From: a virus
Lineage: Duplodnaviria; Caudoviricetes
Strand: one strand, 5' to 3'
Virus record (IMG/VR): IMGVR_UViG_3300017902_000306
Location: 10,083-74,082 of that record
Length of the DNA stretch: 64,000 nucleotides
The position numbers and the translations under genes were made by a program. Position 1 is the stretch's first letter; every line of letters starts with the position of its first letter. Of this stretch, positions 19,670 to 30,232 are shown piece after piece. The notes below the pieces were generated by a model that saw only the letters and a program-made list of their open reading frames with translations, was not told the DNA's origin and did no database searches.

Positions 19670-20626
19670 ATGGCTTTGTCAACAAGACAGGAACTCATTG
19701 ATTATTGTCTACGAAGATTGGGGGCACCTGTCATCGAAGTCAATGTTGATGATGACCAAGTTTCAGATCGTATTGACGATGCCCTCCAACATTGGAATGA
19801 ATATCATTTCGATGGCACAGAAAGAACATACGTTAAACATAAATTAACTGGTTCTACTCTGACTCTTACCGGCAGTGCAACATTCACAGCAGGAGAGACC
19901 ATTACTGGTGGGACATCTGGAGCGAAAGCAACAGTTCATAAAAGTAGTTCTGGAACCTCTGTGGTCTACGAAAAGACCTCAACCGCCGCACCGTTTGAGG
20001 CAAACGAAACAATCACTGGCGCAGACTCAGGAACAACTGCTACTATTCAGAGTATATCAAAGGGCGATATAGAGAACGGATTCATTACTGTCAGCAACAA
20101 CATTCTCACCATTGTGAGGGTGTTTAAGTTTGGTGCGATTGTCGGTTCTAAGTCGGATGGTCTATTCGATGTAGACTATCAGTTTGCACTGAACGATCTA
20201 TACAATCTACTCTCTGCTGACATCACATACTATGCGATGACAAAAACGCATATGACTACATTGGAACAACTGTTCCGAAATGAAAGACAGATTCGCTGGA
20301 ATAGAAAGACAAACAAATTACACATAGATGCAGACCTTGGAGAGACATACGACATAGATGATTATGTTGTCGCAGAAGCTTACGCTATACTAGACCCCTC
20401 CACATACACTGAGGTGTATGATGACATGTTCTTGAAAAGGTATGCTACTGCTTTGATCAAGAGACAGTGGGGAGAGAACTTGAAAAAGTTTGCCGGCATC
20501 CAGATGCCAGGCGGAGTAACACTGAACGGAGATCAGATTTATCAGGAGGCAATAGCAGAGATTCAGCAGATCGAAGAAGAAATGCAATTGAAATATGAAC
20601 TGCCCCCAACTTTGATGGTAGGATAA
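19670..20626 (+). CDS. gp13: Neck protein gp13
   Basis: LIDYCLRRLGAPVIEVNV, EYHFDG, QWGENLKKF.G.QMPGGVTLNG. Confidence 0.92.
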   Translation: MALSTRQELIDYCLRRLGAPVIEVNVDDDQVSDRIDDALQHWNEYHFDGTERTYVKHKLTGSTLTLTGSATFTAGETITGGTSGAKATVHKSSSGTSVVYEKTSTAAPFEANETITGADSGTTATIQSISKGDIENGFITVSNNILTIVRVFKFGAIVGSKSDGLFDVDYQFALNDLYNLLSADITYYAMTKTHMTTLEQLFRNERQIRWNRKTNKLHIDADLGETYDIDDYVVAEAYAILDPSTYTEVYDDMFLKRYATALIKRQWGENLKKFAGIQMPGGVTLNGDQIYQEAIAEIQQIEEEMQLKYELPPTLMVG

Positions 20627-20627
20627 A

Positions 20628-21374
20628 ATGGCAACCAATGTCTACTTCCAATCAGGCCTAACCTCTGGCACAACCAATGAACAACGACTAGTTGAAGATT
20701 TGGTTATAGAAAGTCTGAAGATATATGGACACGATGTGTTCTATCTTCCAAGAACTATTGTGAACAGAGATACTATCTTTGACGAAGATGCTTTGTCAAG
20801 TTTTACGCAAGCCTATCCAGTAGAGATGTATCTGGAAAATGTAGACGGTTATGAAGGTGAAGGAGATTTATTCACCAAGTTTGGCATAGAGATTAGAGAT
20901 CAAGCAACTTTTGTTCTGTCTAAAAGAAGATGGGAAGAAGTTGTCGATACGTCTGGCGGAACATTCCAATTGGATGCTAGGCCTGCTGAGGGTGATCTGA
21001 TATACTTCAGCAAAACTAAATCTGTTTTTGAAATAAAAATGGTAGAGTTTCAGAATCCATTCTACCAGTTAGGAAAAATTTATGTATTCAGATTGCGTTG
21101 TGAGTTGTTTGACTACGGTTCAGAAGTTCTTGATACTGGTGTCACAGACCTTGACGCAATCGAAGATTCAAATAGTTTGGACATGTTGCAATTCCAGTTT
21201 ACTTTGGAGAACGGAGACAAGTTGCAGTTGGAAGATCGTTCATCCCTTATCTTGGAGAGTTACTCAACACAGAAATCAAATGCGAATACAGACAACGCAG
21301 ACTTTGATGTGTTCCAAGCTCAAGATGATATCGTGGACTTCACGGAAATCAATCCATTTGGTGAGTTAAGATAA
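20628..21374 (+). CDS. gp14: Neck protein gp14
   Basis: EQRLVEDLVIESLKIYGHDVFYLPR, KFGIEIRDQ, PAEGDLIYF, FYQLGK. Confidence 0.92.
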   Translation: MATNVYFQSGLTSGTTNEQRLVEDLVIESLKIYGHDVFYLPRTIVNRDTIFDEDALSSFTQAYPVEMYLENVDGYEGEGDLFTKFGIEIRDQATFVLSKRRWEEVVDTSGGTFQLDARPAEGDLIYFSKTKSVFEIKMVEFQNPFYQLGKIYVFRLRCELFDYGSEVLDTGVTDLDAIEDSNSLDMLQFQFTLENGDKLQLEDRSSLILESYSTQKSNANTDNADFDVFQAQDDIVDFTEINPFGELR

Positions 21375-22378
21375 TGTTTAATAATCAACAATTTTATCAC
21401 AAACATACAAAGAAAGCAATCATTGCTTTCGGGACTATCTTCAACCAGATCAATATCAGGCGTTTGGACTCGTCTGGTAATTTGTCACAGTCGATTAGAG
21501 TTCCCCTCGCATACTCGCCAAAACAGAAGTTTCTCTCTAGGATTGCACAGATACCAGACGCCACTACCAGAGGAGAAGTGGCAATCACTCTGCCCAGAAT
21601 GGGATTTGAGATACTTGGATTTAATTTTGATCCCACTAGAAAGATATCACCCGTTCAAAAAAATCTTGCAGTTGGTTCTGGTCAAGACGCAAATACATTC
21701 AAAAGAGGATTTGTATCTACCCCGTATGATATGCAAATGGGTTTGTATATCTTTGCAAAGAACCAAGAGGATGCGCTACAAATTGTAGAACAAATTCTAC
21801 CATACTTCAATCCAGACTTCAGTGTGACAGTAAACGACTTGCCTGAGTTGGGAATCAAACGAGACATCAAGATTGTCATGGATAGTGTTGCGTTTGAAGA
21901 TGATTATGAAGGTGACTTTGCATCTCGTAGAAGTATCATATGGACTATGACGTTTACCATGAAACTAAACTACTACGGGTTTGTAGCAGATCAAGGGTTT
22001 ATCAAAAAGTCTATTGCACAGACTTACGAAAACATAGACATGGATGGCCCGCATATCAGACAGACGTTTGAGATTCAACCCACGGTTGCAACAGGAACCG
22101 CCACTGTGGCAGGGGGATCGTTGACGGGTATCACCATAACCTATGGTGGCAAAGGTTACACTGATACAAGTCCACCCAATATAACTATAGATGGAAACGC
22201 AAGAGCTCACGCAGAGACAACAAATGGTGTTGTGACTAAAATTGTCATTGATGATGCCGGATCGGGGTATGTGACTGCTCCTACAGTTACATTTGAAAAC
22301 CCACCAGACTTCAAAGCGAATCCATTCAAGGATGATCCACATAGGTTCGTAGAAGAATTTTTACAGGTTTATGAATAA
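21374..22378 (+). CDS. gp15: Tail terminator/sheath stabiliser gp15 with C-terminal extension
   Basis: FYHKHTKKAIIAFGTIFN, VPLAYSPKQKF, LPRMGFE, QIVEQILPYFNP. Confidence 0.9.
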   Translation: MFNNQQFYHKHTKKAIIAFGTIFNQINIRRLDSSGNLSQSIRVPLAYSPKQKFLSRIAQIPDATTRGEVAITLPRMGFEILGFNFDPTRKISPVQKNLAVGSGQDANTFKRGFVSTPYDMQMGLYIFAKNQEDALQIVEQILPYFNPDFSVTVNDLPELGIKRDIKIVMDSVAFEDDYEGDFASRRSIIWTMTFTMKLNYYGFVADQGFIKKSIAQTYENIDMDGPHIRQTFEIQPTVATGTATVAGGSLTGITITYGGKGYTDTSPPNITIDGNARAHAETTNGVVTKIVIDDAGSGYVTAPTVTFENPPDFKANPFKDDPHRFVEEFLQVYE

Positions 22379-22809
22379 TGAGTAGAAATAAAGTATTTGA
22401 TGCACTGGACAAAACGTTCAAAACAATGCCAACGGAGTCAAACCCCGTGAAGGCGCCAGCGCTTAGTGATAAGAATGATGTCAATACAGACTTTCGTAAG
22501 GCAAGAGAGACCCTAGAAAAGGCCATGTCATACAGTGAACAGGCCGCAGAGGGTATTTTGAATGTTGCTATGAGTAGCGACAACCCTCGTGCCTATGAGG
22601 TTGCCGGTCAGATCATCAAGACGATGGGTGAACAGGCAAAAGATATGATGGAGGTTCAAGAGAAAAAACATCGTATAGATGATAAGACGGGTGAGACTCA
22701 ACCCAGAATCCAAACGCAAAACAATGTTGTGTTTGCTGGAACCACAAGTGATATCTTGAAAGCAATTCGTGATGAGGAATCAAAGACAATAGAACATGAA
22801 CCAGATTGA
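22378..22809 (+). CDS. gp16: Terminase small subunit
   Basis: PRAYEVAGQIIK and NNVVFAGTTSDI motifs; directly before gp17. Confidence 0.85.
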   Translation: MSRNKVFDALDKTFKTMPTESNPVKAPALSDKNDVNTDFRKARETLEKAMSYSEQAAEGILNVAMSSDNPRAYEVAGQIIKTMGEQAKDMMEVQEKKHRIDDKTGETQPRIQTQNNVVFAGTTSDILKAIRDEESKTIEHEPD

Positions 22810-24424
22810 TACTTCTTACCATGGCAATCCCAATCTAAAACCAGTTGGATATCAACACGATTTTACAAAGAAACAGTTAGAAGAATTTGTAAAGTGTGCA
22901 AAAGACCCAATCTATTTTATTGAGAACTATTGCCAAATAGTAACACTTGACGCTGGACTACAACCATTCAAGTTGTATGAGTGTCAGAAAAGAAAAGTAG
23001 ACTTCATTATGAATAATCGAAAGACTATTCTGATGGAGGGCAGACAGCAGGGTAAAACTGTCACTGCGGCTGCGTGTATTCTACACTACACTATCTTCCA
23101 AGACAATAAGATGGTTGCCATCATGGCAAACAAGACCGCAGCTGCTCGTGAAGTTCTGAACAGATATCAGATCATGTATGAGAATCTACCTATCTGGATG
23201 CAACAGGGTGTCAAGACATGGAACAAAGGTGACGTTGATCTGGAGAATGGATCACGAGTATTCACCTCTGCAACCACAACATCTGGTATTCGTGGTAAGT
23301 CAGTCAACTGGTTGTATATTGATGAGGCGGCGATCATCCCAAACAACATTGCGGATGAGTTCTTTGCATCTGTATATCCTACAATTTCTGCTGGTGAAAC
23401 CACAAAGATTCTTTTGACATCTACGCCACTAGGATACAATCATTTCTGGAAGTTCTGGAATGAGGCAGAGAAGGGAACCAATGGATTTGAAAATATGTTC
23501 GTCCACTACACGGAGATTCCAGGCCGTGATGATGCGTGGGCAGAGGAACAGTTCAAACTTCTGGGTGAGATCAAGTATAATCAGGAAGTCTTGTGTGAGT
23601 TCTTGGGGTCAACGAATACGCTGATCAGTGGTAAAGCACTGTCAATGATGTCATCCAAAGAGATCGTTTACAAGAAGGATGGACTAGACATTTATGAAGA
23701 ACCTCAACAAGATAAATATTATGTAATCACATCCGATACCTCACGGGGTATTGGTGGTGATTTTTCTGCTTTTATTGTAGTAGATATAACAGAGATGCCA
23801 TTTAGGGTAGTTGGAAAGTTCAGAGATAATAAAGTCTCTCCACTTCTATACCCAGATTTTATTGCTCGTGTTGCGAAGGACTACAATAATGCTTATGTAT
23901 TGATAGAGAATAACGATATAGGTCAACAGGTAGTTGACATATTGCATCAAGAACTGGAGTATGAAAACATCTTCAGCACGGTGCAAGAAAAAAATAAACA
24001 GTATGTATCGCCGGGCTTTGGCAAACAAACTACATTGGGGGTTCGGACATCAAAAGCAGTAAAGAGACAGGGTTGTTTAGCACTTAAAAGTCTTGTAGAA
24101 GAAACAAAGTTTTTAATTTGGGATGCTGATTGTATTAATGAGTTATCTACATTCGTAGAAAAGGGAGGTTCTTTCTCTGCGGATGAAGGTTATCACGATG
24201 ATCTCGCAATGTGTATGGTTTTATTTGCGTGGTTGTCTACAAATACATTCTTCAAAGATTTAACAAATGTTAATATCAGAGAAGGATTATATAATGCTGA
24301 GATGAGGTCGATACAAACTGACCTCACTCCATTCGGGTTCGTAGATGATGGACTTGAGCCGGAGGCAGAAGTGATTGATGGTGACTACTGGATGTGGGCA
24401 GATGAGAGAAAAGATTTTTTATAA
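22796..24424 (+). CDS. gp17: Terminase large subunit
   Basis: YHGNPNLK, GRQQGKT (Walker A), LYIDEAA (Walker B), HDDLAM nuclease motif. Confidence 0.97.
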   Translation: MNQIDTSYHGNPNLKPVGYQHDFTKKQLEEFVKCAKDPIYFIENYCQIVTLDAGLQPFKLYECQKRKVDFIMNNRKTILMEGRQQGKTVTAAACILHYTIFQDNKMVAIMANKTAAAREVLNRYQIMYENLPIWMQQGVKTWNKGDVDLENGSRVFTSATTTSGIRGKSVNWLYIDEAAIIPNNIADEFFASVYPTISAGETTKILLTSTPLGYNHFWKFWNEAEKGTNGFENMFVHYTEIPGRDDAWAEEQFKLLGEIKYNQEVLCEFLGSTNTLISGKALSMMSSKEIVYKKDGLDIYEEPQQDKYYVITSDTSRGIGGDFSAFIVVDITEMPFRVVGKFRDNKVSPLLYPDFIARVAKDYNNAYVLIENNDIGQQVVDILHQELEYENIFSTVQEKNKQYVSPGFGKQTTLGVRTSKAVKRQGCLALKSLVEETKFLIWDADCINELSTFVEKGGSFSADEGYHDDLAMCMVLFAWLSTNTFFKDLTNVNIREGLYNAEMRSIQTDLTPFGFVDDGLEPEAEVIDGDYWMWADERKDFL

Positions 24425-24427
24425 ATA
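24420..24427 (+). promoter_or_regulatory. T4-type late promoter
   Basis: TATAAATA before gp18. Confidence 0.8.
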
Positions 24428-24482
24428 ATTCTCAGGAACAACTATTTATTAGTAATAAAACCGAAATACGAAGGAGAACAAC

Positions 24483-26435
24483 ATGGCTTTCCAGATTTCA
24501 CCTGGCGTCTTAGTCCAAGAAAAAGACATTTCCAACGTAGTCCCAGCAGTAGCGACCACTATTGGCGGCATCGTTGGAAACTTTCAGTGGGGGCCGGTTC
24601 AAGAGATTGTATCAATTGACTCGGAAAATGAATTAGTAGACACGTTTGGCAAACCAACCACTTCTGTGTTCTATGATCACATGGTTGCATCAAGCTTTCT
24701 TGCTTATGGTTCTGAACTTTTAGTTGTCAGGGCCGCAGCGGAAGCTACCGCAAAAAATGCTGGTTCAAAAGGAACCGCTATCTTAGTTAAGGGCGAAGAT
24801 GACTACGAAAGTAAATCTTCTAGTGCTCTTGCTGCTGTCGGGCCTTGGGTTGCAAGATTCCCAGGCACCCTTGGTAACAACTTAAAAGTTGAAATGGCAG
24901 ATAAGTTTTCATCAACAAATACTAGTATCGCCTCAATCGCACTTGACTCTGCTGATTCTGCTGGCGACAGAACTACTGCAACGGTTGCTATTTCTGCACC
25001 CGATCTTGCAACTGCTTCTGGTGGTGTTCAGGCAACTGCAACTGCTACTATTGCTGGTGGTAACATCACTGCTATCGTTGTTACACATCCAGGCTTTGGT
25101 TACACTGGAACACCTACCGTAACTATCTCAGCTGACGGAACGGGAACTCCTGCTGCTACTGCAACAAAGAGCACCAAGTGGACATATGCTGATGACTTTG
25201 ATGACACACCAGGCACTAGTGATTGGGCAACCGATAACGGTGCATCTGACGATGAACTTAACGTCATCGTAATTGACGAAGATGGTGGTATCACTGGTTT
25301 CGCTGGAACTATCATTGAGAAGTATGCAAATGTATCAAAGGCTTCTGATGCTAGGGATGATGTCAACCAGAGTAACTACTACCCAACTGTAATTAACAAT
25401 GGGTCTAAGTGGATTCGATGGGCAGGACACATTGATACTGGAGCAAATTGGGGCACCGCCACTACTGGTGGAACCACATATGATCCAATGGACGCTCAAG
25501 ATGCTGAACAGGCACGTTCACTATCTGGTGGTGTAGATAGCACACCAGTTTCAGGAGATATTACTAACGGATACGACTTGTTCGCAAATGACGAGCTCGT
25601 TGACATCTCTTTGGTTCTAAACTCTAACCACGGTAAGGCTGTCGCAAACCATATCATCGACAACATTTGCGAAGTTCGTAAAGATTGTCTTGCGTTTCTC
25701 TCGCCGGAAGCCGGAAGTGTTGTCCCAGGCCAAGTTTCTGTTGGAGCTGAAGCAACATCAATCGTAGCGGAACTTGCCGCAAACTCAATGACCCGATCTT
25801 CTTTCTCTGTCTTTGACAGTGGATGGAAGTATATGTATTGTAAGTATACTGACAGATATGTATACGTTCCGTTGAATGGTGATATTGCTGGAACGTGTGT
25901 TATCACTGACCGCACCGATGATCCTTGGTTCTCACCCGCTGGTTTCAGCCGTGGTGTGATTAAAAACGCAGTCAAACTTGCTTACTCACCGAGGAAAGCA
26001 GATAGGGATACTCTCTACAAGAATGGTATCAACCCTGTTATTAACTCGCCTGGGGCTGGTATAGTTCTGTTTGGTGACAAGACTATGCTCGCCAAACCTT
26101 CTGCATTTAATCGAATCAATGTTCGCCGTCTGTTCATTGTGCTTGAGAAAGCAATTGCAACTGCTGCTAAATTCCAGTTGTTTGAGTTCAACGATGCGTT
26201 CACAAGGGCACAATTTGTTGCGTTGGTCGAACCGTTCTTGCGTGATGTTCAAGGACGTAGGGGTGTTTATGACTTCCGTGTAGTCTGTGACGAAACGAAT
26301 AACACTCCACAGGTTATTGACTCTAACGAGTTTAGGGCTGACATATTCATTAAACCTGCTAAGTCTATCAACTTCATCACTCTTACATTCGTTGCTACCA
26401 GAACTGGTATCTCGTTTGAAGAACTTGGCGCTTAA
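24483..26435 (+). CDS. gp18: Tail sheath protein
   Basis: FQISPGVLVQEKD, PWFSPAG..RG, SAFNRINVRRLF, IKPAKSINFI. Confidence 0.97.
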   Translation: MAFQISPGVLVQEKDISNVVPAVATTIGGIVGNFQWGPVQEIVSIDSENELVDTFGKPTTSVFYDHMVASSFLAYGSELLVVRAAAEATAKNAGSKGTAILVKGEDDYESKSSSALAAVGPWVARFPGTLGNNLKVEMADKFSSTNTSIASIALDSADSAGDRTTATVAISAPDLATASGGVQATATATIAGGNITAIVVTHPGFGYTGTPTVTISADGTGTPAATATKSTKWTYADDFDDTPGTSDWATDNGASDDELNVIVIDEDGGITGFAGTIIEKYANVSKASDARDDVNQSNYYPTVINNGSKWIRWAGHIDTGANWGTATTGGTTYDPMDAQDAEQARSLSGGVDSTPVSGDITNGYDLFANDELVDISLVLNSNHGKAVANHIIDNICEVRKDCLAFLSPEAGSVVPGQVSVGAEATSIVAELAANSMTRSSFSVFDSGWKYMYCKYTDRYVYVPLNGDIAGTCVITDRTDDPWFSPAGFSRGVIKNAVKLAYSPRKADRDTLYKNGINPVINSPGAGIVLFGDKTMLAKPSAFNRINVRRLFIVLEKAIATAAKFQLFEFNDAFTRAQFVALVEPFLRDVQGRRGVYDFRVVCDETNNTPQVIDSNEFRADIFIKPAKSINFITLTFVATRTGISFEELGA

Positions 26436-26474
26436 TAGAGTAGATAAATAACATACAGACAGGAGAAAAGATAG

Positions 26475-26990
26475 ATGAACATTGAGGAATTTAAGGCTAG
26501 ACTGGGCGCCGGTGGTGCTCGCCCTAATCAGTTCCGTGTGAAACTTGCGTTTCCCGGCTACGTTAGTGGTGCAGACCCATCTTACAGTCTACTCGTAACA
26601 GGCGCCGCACTTCCGGCATCTAACGTAAACCCAGCGATTATCCAGTATAGGGGTCGTGAGGTGAAGTTGGCCGGTGAAAGGATTTTTGATCCTTGGACAA
26701 TCACGATAGTCAATGACTCGGAATTCAGTTTGCGAGGCCCGTTTGAGGATTGGATGAACGGACTGAATGATCGGGAAACGAATGAGGGTATTCTTGCTCC
26801 TCGTGACTATCAAACTGACATCATTGTGGAACATCTTGATCGTAATGATCAGGTATTGCCTGGCGGTGTTTACACCCTACGCAATGCGTTCCCCATCCAG
26901 ATGTCTGAAATTGCATTGAACTATGCACAGAATGATATTTTTGAAGAATTCACGGTGACTTGGCAATACTCACATTACGATGTAGCCTAA
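26475..26990 (+). CDS. gp19: Tail tube protein
   Basis: GGARPNQFRV, YRGREVKLAGERIFDPWTITIVND, EEFTVTW; GATAAATA late-promoter variant at 26443. Confidence 0.95.
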   Translation: MNIEEFKARLGAGGARPNQFRVKLAFPGYVSGADPSYSLLVTGAALPASNVNPAIIQYRGREVKLAGERIFDPWTITIVNDSEFSLRGPFEDWMNGLNDRETNEGILAPRDYQTDIIVEHLDRNDQVLPGGVYTLRNAFPIQMSEIALNYAQNDIFEEFTVTWQYSHYDVA

Positions 26991-27011
26991 ATCACAGTGG
27001 TGGGATAAATT

Positions 27012-28520
27012 ATGGAATTATTTGGATACGAAATTAAGCGATCCAAAACATCCAAAGGAGAGAAGTCTTTTGTCGCTCCTACGGATGATGGATCGCTCGA
27101 GTCGATTAAGGCTGGTGGTTACTACGGAACCTACTTTGATATAGAAGGAACCGCTAATAACGAGAGCCAGTTGATTAAAAGATACAGAGACATCTCTATG
27201 ATGGGAGATGTTGACGCTGCTATTGAGGACGTTGTAAATGACTCAATCAGTAATCTGGAAGATGAGAAACCTGTTGTCCTTGACCTTGATAATGTAAAGT
27301 TATCTGCATCGGTCAAAAAGACAATGGTAGAGGAGTTCAATAACGTATTGTCGATATTGGATTTCAATACGAAGGCTCAAGATTACTTTAGGCGGTGGTA
27401 TATTGATGGAAGGATTTACTTCCACAAAGTTATTGATATGGATAGTCCGAAGGATGGACTAAAAGATATTCGATACGTTGACCCAAGGAAAATCCGAAAG
27501 GTCAGAGAAGTAAAGAAAGAGAAAGACAAACAGACTCAGGTTACTCTGGTCAAAGATGTAAATGAGTATTTTGTTTTTGATGAAAAGGGAATTGCTTTAA
27601 CAAGTAGTCAACAATATAAAACAGATGTTGTCAACGATAAAGCAATCAAGGTTAGTAAGGACGCAGTATGTTACTGCACTTCTGGTCTGGTAGATCAGGA
27701 CAGAAACATACCACTATCTTTCCTTCACAAGGCGATACGCCCCGCTAACCAACTTAGAATGATGGAAAATGCGGTGGTGATTTATCGTATCACCCGTTCT
27801 CCAGAAAGAAGAATTTTTTATATAGATGTTGGTAATCTGCCTACAGGTAAGGCGGAACAATATCTAAAAGATGTTATGAATCGGTATCGTAACAAGTTAG
27901 TTTACGATTCTGAAACTGGAGAAATCCGTGATGACAAGAAGTTTATGTCAATGCTTGAAGACTTCTGGTTACCACGGAAAGAAGGTGGCAGAGGAACAGA
28001 GATTCAAACATTGCCTGGGGGCCAGAACTTAGGTGAGATTGAAGATGTAGTTTATTTTCAGAAGAAACTATATCAATCACTCAACGTTCCTGTCTCTAGG
28101 TTAGAACAACAGACGGGTCTGAACTTTGGTCGGTCTGCTGAGATTACAAGAGATGAACTCAAGTTTACTAAGTTCATTTCTAAACTGAGAAAAAGGTTCT
28201 CTGGTGTCTTTGATGATTTACTCAAGACACAGTTGATACTTAAAGGAGTAATCAACGAAACAGAGTGGCCTGAGATCAGAGAAGACATCATGTATAAGTT
28301 TGCTTCTGATGCTTACTATACAGAGTCAAAGGAACAGGAAGTTCTGAGGAGTAGAGTTGAAATACTGAATAGTGTTGCACCATTTGTAGGTCAGTTGTTC
28401 AGTAAGGAATACGTTCAGAAAAATGTGTTGCGATTGACAGATGATGAAATTGCTTTGATGGATCAACAGATCGGAGCAAGTCAACCAGAAGATAATGTAG
28501 TAGGAGATAATAATGAGTGA
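27012..28520 (+). CDS. gp20: Portal protein
   Basis: WYIDGRIYFHK, ANQLRMMENAVVIYRITRSPERRIFYIDVGNLP, EDFWLPRKEGGRGTEI. Confidence 0.97.
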   Translation: MELFGYEIKRSKTSKGEKSFVAPTDDGSLESIKAGGYYGTYFDIEGTANNESQLIKRYRDISMMGDVDAAIEDVVNDSISNLEDEKPVVLDLDNVKLSASVKKTMVEEFNNVLSILDFNTKAQDYFRRWYIDGRIYFHKVIDMDSPKDGLKDIRYVDPRKIRKVREVKKEKDKQTQVTLVKDVNEYFVFDEKGIALTSSQQYKTDVVNDKAIKVSKDAVCYCTSGLVDQDRNIPLSFLHKAIRPANQLRMMENAVVIYRITRSPERRIFYIDVGNLPTGKAEQYLKDVMNRYRNKLVYDSETGEIRDDKKFMSMLEDFWLPRKEGGRGTEIQTLPGGQNLGEIEDVVYFQKKLYQSLNVPVSRLEQQTGLNFGRSAEITRDELKFTKFISKLRKRFSGVFDDLLKTQLILKGVINETEWPEIREDIMYKFASDAYYTESKEQEVLRSRVEILNSVAPFVGQLFSKEYVQKNVLRLTDDEIALMDQQIGASQPEDNVVGDNNE

Positions 28521-28791
28521 TGGAGAAACAGTCGAAGTAGAAGTATCAGATGAGGTTACGCCCCAAGATGCTATCAGAAATATGATGGATAAGTGGGCCG
28601 ATGGTGATCTTACTGGTGCTAACGATGAGTTCTTTGCAATGATGAATAAAAGGGCGGATGACATGCTTGCCGTAAGAAAAGCAGAAGTTGTTCCTCAGAT
28701 TTTCAATGATCCAGAAATGCAAGCTATGGGGTTAGAAGATGCTCCAGAAGCAGAAGAACCAGAAGAAGAGGCCACAAATGAAGACGTTTAA
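28513..28791 (+). CDS. Small acidic prohead-core-like protein (gp67 position)
   Basis: 92 aa, acidic, immediately after the portal gene. Confidence 0.55.
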   Translation: MSDGETVEVEVSDEVTPQDAIRNMMDKWADGDLTGANDEFFAMMNKRADDMLAVRKAEVVPQIFNDPEMQAMGLEDAPEAEEPEEEATNEDV

Positions 28792-29128
28792 AGATTTTAG
28801 GGAAGAAGCAAAACCAGTAGAGAAACCTTCTAAGGATAAGGCTACTGCAAATCATCCCGCTGAAGATGGTATAGAGGGTGACGTAACTCCCCCTAAGCAG
28901 GGAAGTTCTGAAGACCCCAAACTCACTCATATGTGTGCGTTAAAAGTTTTGCACCCTAAGTTTGGTGAAGGCAAACCCATCATGGGTGAACATGCCGAAC
29001 CAGATTCAAACGGTGATATCTGGTGGTATAAAATCATGTTTGAACATGGTATTGAAACGTGTGACACACCTGAGTTGGATATCTTAGAAGAAGGTTCACA
29101 CGGTAACCACAAGAAAAAAGGATACTAG
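28778..29128 (+). CDS. Conserved hypothetical head-region protein
   Basis: HMCALKVLH...GEHAEPD...WYKIMFEHGIE; start at ATG 28778. Confidence 0.6.
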   Translation: MKTFKDFREEAKPVEKPSKDKATANHPAEDGIEGDVTPPKQGSSEDPKLTHMCALKVLHPKFGEGKPIMGEHAEPDSNGDIWWYKIMFEHGIETCDTPELDILEEGSHGNHKKKGY

Positions 29129-29138
29129 GAGAAAATAA

Positions 29139-29528
29139 ATGGCAGTCGTAGTAGACGTTTTAAAATTGACACAAGTGGAGGGTGTAGTTTGTGTGCGTGG
29201 CACTGCGGCTACTGGCACCATTGCTCTTGCCACAACTCTTAAAAAATCCACAGAAACTCAAAGTTCTCCTACAGTAGATATCAAAGGACTTCAATGGGCA
29301 TTGTCCTCTGGGGCAAGTGCCAAGGTGCAACGAAATAGTGTAGTCCTCTGGGAACTCATGGAGAGTGGAACACTAGACTTCAACGGATTCAGTGACAACG
29401 ATGAGAACACAAACGACATCGAAGTGGTCATTGCCGGTGGTGCTGGTGGTTCAGTCGTAGTTAAGTGCGCTAAGATCAGTGGATACGGATCACAACAACA
29501 CCAAGGCGCAGACGGGAGCTTAGGATAA
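29139..29528 (+). CDS. Hypothetical structural protein
   Basis: GGAG RBS, 129 aa, between the portal and protease genes. Confidence 0.6.
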   Translation: MAVVVDVLKLTQVEGVVCVRGTAATGTIALATTLKKSTETQSSPTVDIKGLQWALSSGASAKVQRNSVVLWELMESGTLDFNGFSDNDENTNDIEVVIAGGAGGSVVVKCAKISGYGSQQHQGADGSLG

Positions 29529-29529
29529 A

Positions 29530-30183
29530 ATGAAACTAATAACCGAAGTCACTGAGGACATTCAATACATCTCAGAAGAAAAGAATGGCAAGAGAAACCT
29601 CTACATTGAGGGTGTTTTCTTACAATCAAATCTCACCAATCGTAATAATCGCACATATCCTAAAGAGATTATGCGTAAAGAGGTAGATAGATATCGCACA
29701 GAACAGATAGATAAGAAAAGAGCAATGGGAGAACTCGGTCACCCCGATGGCCCTACTCTGAATCTGGATCGTGTATCGCATATGATCACCTCTCTAAAAG
29801 AAAGTGGTGATAACTGGATTGGTAAAGCAAAAATTCTTGATACACCTATGGGTAATATCGTAAAGAATCTTATGGACGAAGGCGCACAACTCGGAGTTAG
29901 TTCACGAGGTCTTGGTTCAATCAAAGAAAAGAATGGTATCAATGAAGTTCAAGATGACTTTATCTTATCTACTGCTGCTGACATTGTGGCAGACCCATCC
30001 GCTCCAGATGCCTTTGTTAGAGGTATCATGGAGAACAAAGAATGGATGATGGTAAACGGAATTTGGACTGAGAAGGAAATGGACATTGCACAGGCGACTA
30101 TTCGTAAGTCTAGTTCCCGTGAACTGGAGGAACAGAAACTTCAAGTGTTTAGTTCATTCCTTGATAAGTTATCAAAAATCTAG
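29530..30183 (+). CDS. gp21: Prohead protease
   Basis: MKLITE, YIEGVFLQ, GELGHPDGP, GVSSRGLGS, DIVADPSAPDAFV. Confidence 0.96.
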   Translation: MKLITEVTEDIQYISEEKNGKRNLYIEGVFLQSNLTNRNNRTYPKEIMRKEVDRYRTEQIDKKRAMGELGHPDGPTLNLDRVSHMITSLKESGDNWIGKAKILDTPMGNIVKNLMDEGAQLGVSSRGLGSIKEKNGINEVQDDFILSTAADIVADPSAPDAFVRGIMENKEWMMVNGIWTEKEMDIAQATIRKSSSRELEEQKLQVFSSFLDKLSKI

Positions 30184-30188
30184 TTTTG

Positions 30189-30196
30189 TATAAATA
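30189..30196 (+). promoter_or_regulatory. T4-type late promoter
   Basis: TATAAATA before gp22. Confidence 0.8.
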
Positions 30197-30232
30197 ATTA
30201 TCAGTAACGCAAAATCTCAAAGGAGAATAACA

